Source of the DNA: Lama guanicoe
Taxonomy: Eukaryota
Assembly: GCA_013239625.1 (NCBI GenBank)
Contig: MU055888.1
Span: 739,745-801,691 of the forward strand
Direction: 5' to 3'
Length of the DNA stretch: 61,947 nucleotides
The translations under genes and the position numbers were made by a program. Each line of letters opens with the position of its first letter. The stretch's first letter is position 1. This document shows positions 10,401 through 21,644 of the stretch, in pieces. A model generated the notes under the pieces. It worked only from the letters and a program-made list of their open reading frames with translations. It had not been told where the DNA came from and searched no databases.

Positions 10401-13400
10401 GACCCACAGGAATTGAGGACAGAGGCTGGGGTCTGTGTCTCCCATCTCTTGTTCCTAGACCCTCCTTGTTCTAGCAGCCTCTCCTGGGTCTTCTTCCAAA
10501 CCTGGTCCTGCCCTCAGGCCCCTCCTGAGGATGAGCGTGGACCGTTGGCTTCTGCCCAGCGCCCGTCTGGACCCAATCAGCCATCTTCCCTGACGTCAGC
10601 AGCTGAGTGAGCTTACAGCTGGGAGAGAGCAGGCAGGTCAGGTTGGAGCTGACGGAGGACAGAGGGCAGCAGGGGCAGAGTCCCAGCAGAGACTCTCCAT
10701 GGGGAGCCAATCCTCCCATGGCCCAGTCACACCCCGAGAAGTGCTGCAGAGACAGAGCGGGTGGCCCTGCCACCCTGGGAACAGTGGGCTCAGTTCAGGA
10801 AATGGTGGGCGGCTGGAGAGTATTTCAGGATGACATGACCCGCTCCCTCTGTTCCTGGCCCCGAGGGAGGTGTGGGGAGTGGGCAGGCGCCTGGCTGCCG
10901 GACCACAGCACCGGCACCAGCAGGAAACAGACTATCTCTTAGGGAGCCTCCAGACTCATGGAGAAAGCATTGCTCCCAGCTCAGGCATCTCCAGTGTGAA
11001 GGGGAGACACAGCCCCTGCCCTCTGGGAGCTCAGGTCCAGCGCAGACAGCCCGTCCCGCTTTCCTTTAATAATTCAGAAGCCACCACTCCCAGTGCGGCT
11101 TGTTTAGTGTCTGTTTTCCCCCACCGGCTAGGATCTCCTCGAGATCCTGATTTAGTTTGTTCACGGCTGTCTCTTGCCCCCAGCGGATGTGTTGAGATGT
11201 GTTGAGATGTGTTGGATTGAACAGGACGGGGTGAGTTGTAGTCCAGCTCAGGGAAACCCAGTTCTTCTCTTCTGCGGGTCCAGTCAGTCGCCAGGAGCTA
11301 CTGATTTTCCTCCAAAAAGCAAAGGCTTGGCCCCTGCCTGGGCTCCCTGCTTCTCCCCAGGACAATCCTTCCAATCTCTTCTCACTGCAGCCAGAGTGGT
11401 CCTTCCAAACCCACATCTGAACAGTCACTTCTTAACTTCAAACCCTCCACGGCTCCCCATTGCCCCAGGAGAATGTCCCAACTCCTTGTCTGGCATTCAG
11501 AGCCTTTCACACCTGGTCTCACAGGGCTTCCCTACCTCATCCCAGCCTCAAATGTTCTCTCCAATAGCCCCAAGCTTCTCTTCTCCCTCTGCCTGCCCGG
11601 GGATGAAGGAGGCCTGCTCTGCGCTCCTGTAACTTGCGTCTCTCTGAGCATTTGTCAGGACGGCAAGGTCTTGGGTGCAGGGCCTGGTGCCTGCTCACTT
11701 TTGAGTCTCTGTTCGGGCACCAGGACACAGAATTAGAGAGATGGACAAATGGCCACTCTCTAACACCCCAGCCCTCCCCATGCTGCCTCTTGCCCATCTG
11801 TCCAGAACCCCTAATAGCCCCACTCTGAGTGCCTTCCTATCACCTTCATAGTCTGGGAGGGTCTTGTTTGCTAATTGCTTCCATGTTCAGTGTGTGCCTC
11901 GGCTACCAGCATGTGAGTTCGAGATGGCTCGGACTCTGCCTCTGCCTGGAGCGTGCTGGCACTGCTGTTGTCCGAGCAGTCACGGGCAGCCCTGGTGAAG
12001 CAGTTTCTGGGTGCTGGTACCAGTCTAGGCACTTTGCATAAACTGAACTCTTTCTTTCTCTGAGCCCCAGGAGGGCAGCTCTAACATTCACTGCCGTCTC
12101 ACAAACAGGTTAACAGAGACCTCGGTGACTTGTCTAGGGCCGCATTATTATGGGCGGGGGGCTGCGATGGGAGCCCAGGCTTCACCTGCTGCACCCTGCT
12201 TCCTCCAGAGCAAGGCAACACCCTCAGGACAGGTTCCAGAGCCTCCTCAGACACTGCCTCTATCGCTTCTCCTCCTGCTCTTCCTGGACCCATTTCTTGC
12301 TTCTCGCTTGGAGGCTGCAGGGAACTGGAGATTGGCGGGGGGGTGGGGGTGGCAGTCAGCAGCTGCTGTAGCAGGTGGACAGCAGTCACCGAGTCAGAGA
12401 GTGGGAGCAAGGTCAGACGACAGAAAGGACTTCCAGATCCTGACTCCTTAGGGAAAAGACCTGTGTCTTGTTGCTATGAAAATGAATGAACCTGCCCCCA
12501 GGGAGCAAGGAATGACTTCCCTTGTCCAGCCAGAAGAGTTGGCTGGGGTGGTTGAGGGGCGGGGACACCTGGCTGGAGGCAGAGGAATGGCAGAGATGAG
12601 TGGATAGGGGACTCTTTGGAGCCCTGCTGGGAGAGAAAGGGTTAAGCCCAGCCCCGGGCCAGCCTGCTCACTCAGGCCTCCGACCTGTGTATGCTTGAGC
12701 GCAGGGAGCCAGCTCTGTTTGTCTGAGGTGTCCCCCTTTCGCCCTCCTCCCCGGGGCTATTGGCAGGCCCGCTGTCCCGCAGGCCGACCAGCTGTGCGGC
12801 TGTCTGGGCTTTGTCTGGGGCGATGGGGCATGGGAACATCTGGGGCTGGATGTGTGGAGCTGCGAGCAGTGAGGCGGGGCCCCTGAGACTGCCATGGTCA
12901 CACAGAGGGGCTCCCACAGCCTGGGGACACATGGTTGTGCCCTCAGCAGGCTGTGGACTCTGCGCCCGGGCAGGAGGGTCCACACAGGTGCTTCACAGGC
13001 AGAGGGAGTGTGCTGGCTCCGAGCCGAGCACCCTGCAGGAGCACTGCTGGGGGCTTTTGCTTTGAGAGAGGATGAGAACTGGGGACAGGGAGGCTGCTTT
13101 CAGAGGCTCTCTCCTGTTCTTTCTCTTTCCTCTGCCGGGGTGTGACCTCCCAGCCACCCCACCGTGCCCTGGGCCTTCACCAACTGGCCAGACTATTTTG
13201 GGGCCCAGATCTTTGCTTGTACAATGCCCTGTTCTCTGCCCCTGGCTCATATTCTAGATGTAATTGATGACTTGGTTAATGTCTGTGTCCCTTGTTTAAT
13301 GTTCGTATCCCTGACTTGTCTCTAAGATCCTTGAAATCCCCTCTCTGCTGCTGATTGAGTGTTGCGTTCACAGTGCAAAACTCCACGCCTGGCTCTTAGT

Positions 13401-14054
13401 GCAGGGGCTCAGTTTAGAGAGGGAGACGAGCCTCTCAGGAGGCGTCCATGGCAAGACATCACTGCGTCCTTTCCCTGCTCTCAGAAATTCATGCTTGTGG
13501 CTCCCCATTGCCTCCTCAGCCTGCCTGCTGGTCTCAGCCCTCCCTCTTCTGATTTCTGGTCTCATCTCTCCATCTAAAGCCCTGTGGCCAACAGCCACAC
13601 TGTTTCCCAAATTCACCTCCATCAGGCTGTCCCTCAGCCAGAGCGGGCCTTTCCCATACCCACTGCCAACTTTGGTAGCCTTCAACATCCCACCAGGGCC
13701 AGCTCAGAGCATGCCTTCCCCAGCAGCTTTTCTGAACTCTTCTAATGGTTTAAAGTGACTTCTTTATGGGACTAACCTCACCCTTGAGGACAAGGTCCAA
13801 GCAACCAGTTCTCAGCCTCACCTCTTACCCCAGCATGCCTTGGGTACACTTGCAGCCCTTTGCTGTTGGAAGCAGAAGAAAGAAGAGTCTGTATCAGCTT
13901 TGACCAGGCCATCAGCACTCTCACTGCCACAGACCAGAGACGGCAGAGCTCTGCAGACCAAGAACAGTCATGTTTCAAAGACCCCCCGCACCAGTGGATG
14001 GCCTGGCAGAAGCAGGGCTAGGGGGACACCTCCCCTTGTGCATGGACAGAACCT

Positions 14055-14578
14055 ATAGCTTGCTTGTAGCCAATAGAATATGACAAAGGTGAAGGGGTTT
14101 TGCAGATATAGTTAGGTTCCAAGTAGTTGATTATGAGTGAGTTATCAAAAGGGAGCTGATTCTGGATGGGCCGGCTTCATCAGATGAGAGCTCTTAAAAG
14201 GGAGACCGAGACCTTCCCTGACATCAGAGAGAGCCTCTTTTTGGCCTTGAAGAAATAGCCTGCACTCTAGGGAGAGCAGGAAGTGCAGGCAGCCTCAGGG
14301 AGCTGAGAGCATCCTCCAGCTGTCAGCCAGCAAGAAAACTGGAACCTCAGTCCTGCAGCCTCAGGACCTGAATTTTGCCAACAACCATGAGAGCCCAGAA
14401 AAAGTGAAACTCAGGAAAGGATACACCCCAACCAACACCTTGACTGCAGCTGCGAGACCCAAGCAGAGTATCCAGTTAGGCTGGAGCCGGACTCTAAGCT
14501 GGGTGATAAACCATGAGCTAATAAACGAGTGTTGTTTTAAGCTACTGAACTTGTGGTAATTTGTTACACTCTGCAACT
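14055..14578 (+). mobile_element. MaLR solo LTR (MLT1-like)
   Basis: tttgcagatatagtta...cagccagcaagaaaactggaacctcagtcc...gaattttgccaacaacc...aataaacgagtgttgttttaagctactgaacttgtggtaatttgttacac, which is the MLT1 3' signature. Confidence 0.8.
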
Positions 14579-17510
14579 AGTCTAGGTGGGCTTGGGAACA
14601 ACCAGCCTCAGGAATAATGCTGAGGGGAGGGGTAGGGATGTGAGAGAACCCTGCAGAAGAGGAGGCTCCGTTGGGGCCTTCGCATCCCCTCTGCTTCCAG
14701 GTTTCCCCTGCCGGCCCCCAACATCTTCACCTCCAGACCTGGCCTGGCTGCACTGGGTGCTTGGCCCAGTGAGTCTACATAGACCCAACTGGTCTCAGTG
14801 GGGAACTTGGCAGAGTATGCAGTTTGGAGGGTCCTAATCTCTGGGTCCCCTTGAATTCAGACCAAAGTTGGGTTAAGGCTAATTCTACCCCTAAATATAC
14901 CCCACAACCCTAACACCAACTGGAAGGCCCCAAATTACCATAGAGGCAGGTGAAACACGGATTCTCCCCCCTTACCCCCCTACCAAGTCCCTGGCGCCCG
15001 CATGTGGCCCAGACAGTCCCCCGAGCAGACAGCTGCTGATCCCTCAGCCTTGCTTCTGTTGTTGGGAGCAGGCAGGCTTGGGGGGAAGAGTTCACAGCTT
15101 CCATGGAGGGTCGGCAGCTGGGGCTCCAGATGTGGGGGAGCCCCGAGCCTGGGGATAGTGTTACACCCAAGTGGCTAGTCTGCTTTCCCAGGGGGGCTGG
15201 GGATGCGGGGGGGTGTCTGGGATTTGAGAATCTGGGAGGGGCTACTTCCTACTCCAGTCTCCTCCCCTCCCCCCCCCCTGCTCCCAGGCCCCCTCCTGGG
15301 TGTGGGTAACTTGGAATCAGCTAAAAGCAGGGCTTAGCGAGTGGACCTGGGTCCGCAACCAATAGATGTACAAACCACCACCCGCTCTGGGCTCTTCCTG
15401 TCCCTAAAGAGAACCTGACCCAGATGTCCCCAGACCTTGCCGGAAGCCTCCAGCCAGAGCAGCTGTGAGAGGAGCCTGAGCCTCTGTCCAAGCCCTTCCT
15501 TTTGTCCACAGTGAATGCACCAGGATTTGGTTTCTCCACTCACACCCCCTCCCCACCTGCTGGCCCAGGGCTCCCATCCATCCTGTCTCAGGCTGGGCCT
15601 CTTCAGGATGCAGACAAAGAAGCCATCTCAGGTTCCCTTGTTGGGGCGCCTGCCCTTTGATCTGCCCCCTCCTCCTGCCCCAGGGATCCTGAGGTGCCCC
15701 GGAGAAAGCTCCATCCAGGGACAGCACCCAGAGATAAGATCTGGGATGGGAGGGATCCCAGGGAGGGACTTTAAAGGGATGTTGACAGCTGCCCCCTCCA
15801 AGAGCACCTCTGCCTGCCTACCTGGTCTCGACTCCCCAGCCACTCTTTTGGGTGAAAGATACCCACCACATAGAGCAATGCCTCTCAAAATGGAATTCTG
15901 GACCAATCTCAGCCACAACATCACCTGGGGCTCAAAGGCCCAGCCCCACTTAATCTGAATCTCCGGCAGGGAAGCGTGGAGGTGGAGGTGCTGAGCATCT
16001 GCCCTTTCAGCAAGTTGCCAGATTGACACAACAACACTACACCAACTCCCACCCCCAGAATCTTCGGGGGCACAAGAAGGTATTTACCGTGAGACACCTG
16101 CCCCCCAGCCCCCAGCCTCCAGCACCACACAGGGTACTGTGTAGGAACTCTAGACTCCTGGAGACCTTCGGGACTAAGCCTGTCACATAGCAGGGGCTCC
16201 CCTCAGTCTTCTGGAGGAAAGAGGCCCTTGTGGGCCCAGGAGAACCCAGTTCTGCCTCCCTTTCTGCTCCTCCCCGGGGCTTCGAGCCTCAGGCAGGATC
16301 CCTTGGCCTGGGCCCCATGCAAACCCTCCTCTTCCCCTTTAATCTTTCTTGCCAGGTTCTCTGAGCAGGCAGGGTTGCAAGAAAGTCAGAGTTTGAGCTC
16401 AGACAGATCTGGGTCAGACAGAGCCAGATTCAGCCGTTGCTGCACCACATGCCTGGGTGACTCCCTGGGCCCCCGGGGTCTCCTCTCCTCAGCTCCTCCC
16501 TAGGTCCCACCCCTCTTCCATCTGCTCTGCTCAAGCCATGTGACTTTCTGTCCCCCTGAGTTCACGTTCTCTGCTGGCATGAGCCCCCAAATCCAGCCTG
16601 CCATCCCCCCTCCAGCAAGGAGACGTGCGTGGAGAGGGAGATCATCCAGAAGTCTTAATACGCAGCAAGAGTTAAAGCTGGAAGAGACTTTAAAATCCTT
16701 TGGCTTCTGCCCAGGATGGAGTGACAAGATTTGTCTTTGCCCTCCCTCTCAAAACAACACAAAACAACCAGACAGACTATGTGAAACAAGATTACCAAGG
16801 CACTGGACATAAGGCAATGAAGGTAGCCATCCCTGAGAGATAGGACACAATGAGTCAGGCCCCAGGATGCCCCAGCTCCTGCCTGGAGAGGGCTTTCAGG
16901 CTGTGCACGGGGAGAGAGATGGAGGCAGAGCCAGAGGGACTCCTGGAAAGGAGGAGTGGCGGTGACAGCCCGGGGAGAGCAAGGCATCTAGAGTTAGCAG
17001 GAGAGAGTACCTGAGAGGAGACATCTGCTCCGAGGCCACCCCCGGATCTACAGAGGAGACGCCTGGAGGATTAGAGTACCGATCAGCACATGGGAGTGAA
17101 AACACTACCCACGGCCAGGAAAGACGATCCAAGAGGATTAGAGAACAGTGTCCATTTGGGAATAGTGCCTGTTCCCACCAGCCAGACTGCACAAACTCAT
17201 AATTCACGCAGACTACCCGGGAAGGTCTTACTTCAGTGATGGGGAGTGATCAGCCCTAGACGGAGTACTGTGCTAGCCTTGCTTTTGCAGGAAGAACAAA
17301 GTTGGAGAGCTAACACTACCTGATTTCAAGACTTACTGTCGAGCTGTAGTAATCAAGACAATATGGTATTATTTAAAGATAGACAAATAGGTCAGTGGAA
17401 CAGAACAGAGTCCAGAAATAACCCACACTTCTATATATGGCCAACTGATTCTTGACAAAGGTACAGAAGCAATTCAATGGGGAAAGGGTAGTCTTTTCAA
17501 CAAATGATGA

Positions 17511-17665
17511 GGGGAGGGTATAGCTCGGGGGAGTGCATAGCTCAGTGGTAGAGCCTGTGCTTAGCATGTATGAGGTCCTGGGTTCAATCCACAGTACCTC
17601 CATTAAATAAATAAATAAACTTAATTACTCCCCCCCAAATAAATGAATGAATAAACAAACAAACA
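17511..17665 (+). mobile_element. Vic-1-like SINE inserted in an L1, with TSD AACAAATGATG
   Basis: GGGGAGGGTATAGCTC...GGTTCAATCCACAGTACCTCCATTAAATAAATAAATAAAC. The TSD lies at 17499-17509 and 17666-17676. Confidence 0.9.
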
Positions 17666-18760
17666 AACAAATGATGCTGGAACAATTGTATATCCATATG
17701 CCAAAACAACCCTCTAAAACCAAAACACAAAAATCTTTGACCATATAGCACATCATATACAAAAATAAACTCAAACTTTGTCAAAGACCTAAATGGAAAA
17801 CTTAAAATTATAAAATTTCTTGAAGAAAACATAACAGAAAAGATTTTAACTTTATTATTAACATATTAATTATTAACAAAATATTGCTGATTTTATAACC
17901 TTGGGTTAGGCAAAGATTTCTTAGATATGGCACCAAAATCAGGACCCGAACAGGCTGACAAGTTGAACTTCATCAAAATAAAAATCTTCTCTTCAGAAGT
18001 CACTGTTAAGAGAATGGGGGAAAAAAAAAACCACAGACTAGGAAAAAAATATTTGCAAAACACATTTCTGAACAAAGACTTGTATCCAAAAAAAACAAAG
18101 AACTCTTAAAACTTGACAATAAGAAAACAAACCAACCAGTTTTAAAAAGGGGCAAATGACTGGTCAGACATGTCCTCCCCAATATACACAGATGGCAAAT
18201 AAGCATATGAAAACATACTCAGCATCATTTGCCATTAGGGAGCTGCAAATTAAATTCTAGAATGGCTAAAATATTAAAAACTGACAATACCAACTGCTGA
18301 CAAGGATATGGAACAACAGAAACTTTCACTCATTGCTGGAAGGAATGCAAAGCAGTACAGCCAATTTGGAAGACAGCTTGGCAGTTTCATATGAAGCTAA
18401 ATTTATGACCCAGCACTCACACTCCTAAGTACTTACCCAACTGATTTGAACTCTTTATGTCCACACAAAGATCTACACGCAAATGTTTTTATCAGCTTTC
18501 TTTATAATTGCCAACACCTGGAAGGGACCAAGATGTTTCAGTGGATTAATGGATAAGCAAACTGTGTACATTCACAGGGGAATATTATTCGGTGATGAAA
18601 GAAGAGACATGGATGAATTTTAAGTGCATATTTTTAAGTAAAAAAAATTCAGTCTGAAAAGGCTACATATAGTATGATTCCAATTATATGATTCTGGAAA
18701 AGATAAACCTATAGCAATAGGGGTTTTTTTGTTGTTGTTTTTTAACAAAAATCAATGTTT

Positions 18761-18930
18761 GGGAACTATATTCAATTTCTTGTTATAAGCCATAATGGAA
18801 AAGAATCTGAAAAAAATATATATATATGTGTGTGTATAACTGGTTGGCTCTGCTGTACACCTGTAACTAACATTGTAAATCGATTACACTTCAGTAAAAA
18901 ATAAGAATTTAAAAAATTAAAATAAAACCT
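18761..18930 (+). mobile_element. Short 5'-truncated lineage-specific L1 3' end nested in the older L1
   Basis: gggaactatattcaatttcttgttataagccataatggaaaagaatctgaaaa...tgctgtacacctgtaactaacattgtaaat plus an A-rich tail, with approximate TSD aaaaatcaatgttt / aaagatcagtgttt. Confidence 0.75.
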
Positions 18931-19510
18931 TCAAAAAAGATCAGTGTTTTCAAGGAGTTTGTAGGGAGGAAGGAGAGGTTGAACAGGTGAAGCACAGGGG
19001 ATTTTGTTTTAGGATGATGATGGTGTAATTGTGGACATATGACACTATGCATTTGTCAAAACCCATGGAACTTTACAGCACAAAGAGAGAGCCATAATGC
19101 ATGCAAATTTAGAAAATCATTTAGGAAGTTGAGAAATGTCAGGAAAGAATGAAGAATGTGCCAAATTTTACAAATGGTATGAAACAACCTCACTAAATGG
19201 GATGGGGAGAAAAAGCACTGGGAACTTTGGGAGTGAGTCCCATCTATAAGACTAAAGTCAGAAGGAACTTTACATTAGCACTGGACTCTAGTTGATAGTT
19301 ATTTCTTGCAGGGGTACAGGTTCACAATTCTGATACCGGTATGTGTGTATACTGGAACTGAACAACTAAGTAAACGGATAGTGGATTGTAAGAGCCAGGT
19401 TTCTCACTGTGTAGTAGTGTAGGTAGGCAAGGAGAGGAGGCTAGAATGATAGAATGATTTGTGGATTAGAATTGGAGACATTAGTATAAATTCATGTTTA
19501 GCTTAATATA

Positions 19511-20640
19511 AAGTGGGCAAAAGATTAAAAGAGATTTTTTGTTAAGGAAGATACATGGGTGGCAAATAAGTACATGAAAAGTTGCTCAAAGATTAGTCAT
19601 TAGGGAAATGCAGATTAAAACTACAATGAGGTATCACCTCACACCAGTCAGAATGGCCTTCATTCAAAAGTCCACAAATGATAAATGCTGGAGAGGCTGT
19701 GGAGAAAAGGGAACCCTCCTACACTACTGGTAGGAATGCAGTTTGGTGCAGCCACTGTGGAAAACTCTATGGAGATTCCTCAAAAGACTAGGAATACGCT
19801 AACCATATGACCCAGGAATCCCACTCCTTTGCATATATCCAGAAGGAACTCTATTTCATAANNNNNNNNNNNNNNNNNNNNNNNNNNNNNNNNNNNNNNN
19901 NNNNNNNNNNNNNNNNNNNNNNNNNNNNNNNNNNNNNNNNNNNNNNNNNNNNNNNNNNNNNNNNNNNNNNNNNNNNNNNNNNNNNNNNNNNNNNNNNNNN
20001 NNNNNNNNNNNNNNNNNNNNNNNNNNNNNNNNNNNNNNNNNNNNNCATTCTAAGTGAAGTAAGCCAGAAAGAAAAAAAAATACCATATGATATTGCTCAT
20101 ATGTGGAATCTAAAAAAAAGAAGAAGAAGAAGACAAATGAACTTCAATGTAAAACAGAAACAGACTCATAGACATAGAATACAAACTTGTGGTTGCCGGG
20201 GGAAGGGGAGTAGGAAGGGACAGACTGGGAGTGTGAGATGTGTAAATACTGACAGGCATATGTAGAATAGATAAACAAGATTATACTGTATAGCACAGGG
20301 AAATATATACAAGATCTTATGTTAGCTCACAGTGAAAAAAAATGTGACAATGAATATATGTATGTTCATGTATAACTGAAAAATTGTCTCTATACTAGAA
20401 ATTGACACAACATTGTAAACTAACTATAACTCAATAAAGTAAAATTTTTTAAATAAATTAATTTTTAAAATGAAGAGCATAAGGAAACTTTTAGGGGTGT
20501 TGGATATATTTCCTATCCTGACTATAGTGAGAGTTTCACACTTGTATACATATGTCAAAACTATCATGTTGCACACTTTAAACAAGTGTAGCTTATTATA
20601 TGTCAATTATACCTCAATAAAGAAAAAAATTAAAGAAAAC
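19511..20640 (+). mobile_element. L1 composite: younger L1 3' end (about 19620-20465) within an older L1 relic
   Basis: A low-divergence ORF2 end (cacctcacaccagtcagaatggcc...gggaaccctcctacact) and 3' UTR with tail, followed by an older 3' UTR ending tatgtcaattatacctcaataaag. Confidence 0.75.
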
Positions 20641-21644
20641 TGTAAAAAATTCTTCAGTTGAAATTTATAATTTATTTAAACATTTTAGTTTTAACTAAGT
20701 AATATATGCATATGGTTTAAAAATTAAACTAAAGGGATTAAAGTGAAAAAGGACTCTCCCTGTCCCCATCTGGGCTCGTACTCTCCAGGGAAATTTTTGA
20801 TCATTTTTATTTTTAGATATTCTGGTGATTGTCTTCTTATCTCTAGTATTTATACTGGTTATTTTAAATATTTTGTTTACCTGTCTTCCTTCCCTTATTA
20901 ACATTACACATTATTAATTGGTCACCTTTTAGGATTGATAAGGATTTGACTCTCAACCTCCCAATTCCTCCTCTCCTCCCAAATGTAGTTACACTCTGCT
21001 GTCCTCAGATCCTCCACTCCTCAATCCTGCAACATCGAACACCACACATCAAGACCCCTATTACTTGCTCAGACCACCATGATTCTTCACTTTGGAAGTG
21101 TGGACATTGGTCCCCATCTCTCTTCTTTTCCTTCCACCTCTCAGCCACTGTGAACTACACTTTTGATATCAAGTTATTAACATTTACTTTCTAGGCTGTA
21201 ACGACAGACAAGTCTTTTATGATTTGCCTAAAAGTTGATCCTTGTTTACAAGAACAAAAAGAAACAAACAAAAGCAATCAAAAAGCAGCATTTGACTATG
21301 TAAATATTGTTCACTGCAGACCTGAGTGGTGAGCTATGATATGTGACTGTGACAATCAACCCTCATCATTTTATGGATAGAGGGACTGAGATCAGAGAGA
21401 TTCAGTGTCTTGTTGAAAGTCACACAGCCTGTGAGCGGTCATTTGGAACAACACTTTTAGTCTCCTGGAGCCTGACTTCTAAACCCTCAGTTACTCTAGA
21501 GGGAAGGAGACCTGAACTAGTAGATTCCATTTGGTTTGCAGTTAGAAACTGAGGTGAGATGGAGTCAATGATAGCCAATGATAGTCAATGATAGTCAGTC
21601 TAAGCCAGTGTGGGCAGAAGTGTCATCAATTAAGAAAAGAGCAC

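Larger units (their letters stand above)
16700..19510 (+). mobile_element. Old L1 (L1MD/L1MC-like): 5' UTR joined directly to the 3' part of ORF2 and the 3' UTR
   Basis: 5'-end-like ggcttctgcccaggatggagtgacaag...ggcactggacataaggcaatgaagg. From about 17290 it reads as the ORF2 C-terminal region (gaagaacaaagttggagagctaacactacctgatttcaagactta). Many stops and indels. Confidence 0.7.

Noticed and set aside
21563-21600. Short 10-bp tandem repeats (AGTCAATGAT x3; also GATGTGTTGA near 11186-11214)
   Set aside because: Ordinary slippage duplications with no spacers, so not CRISPR-like.
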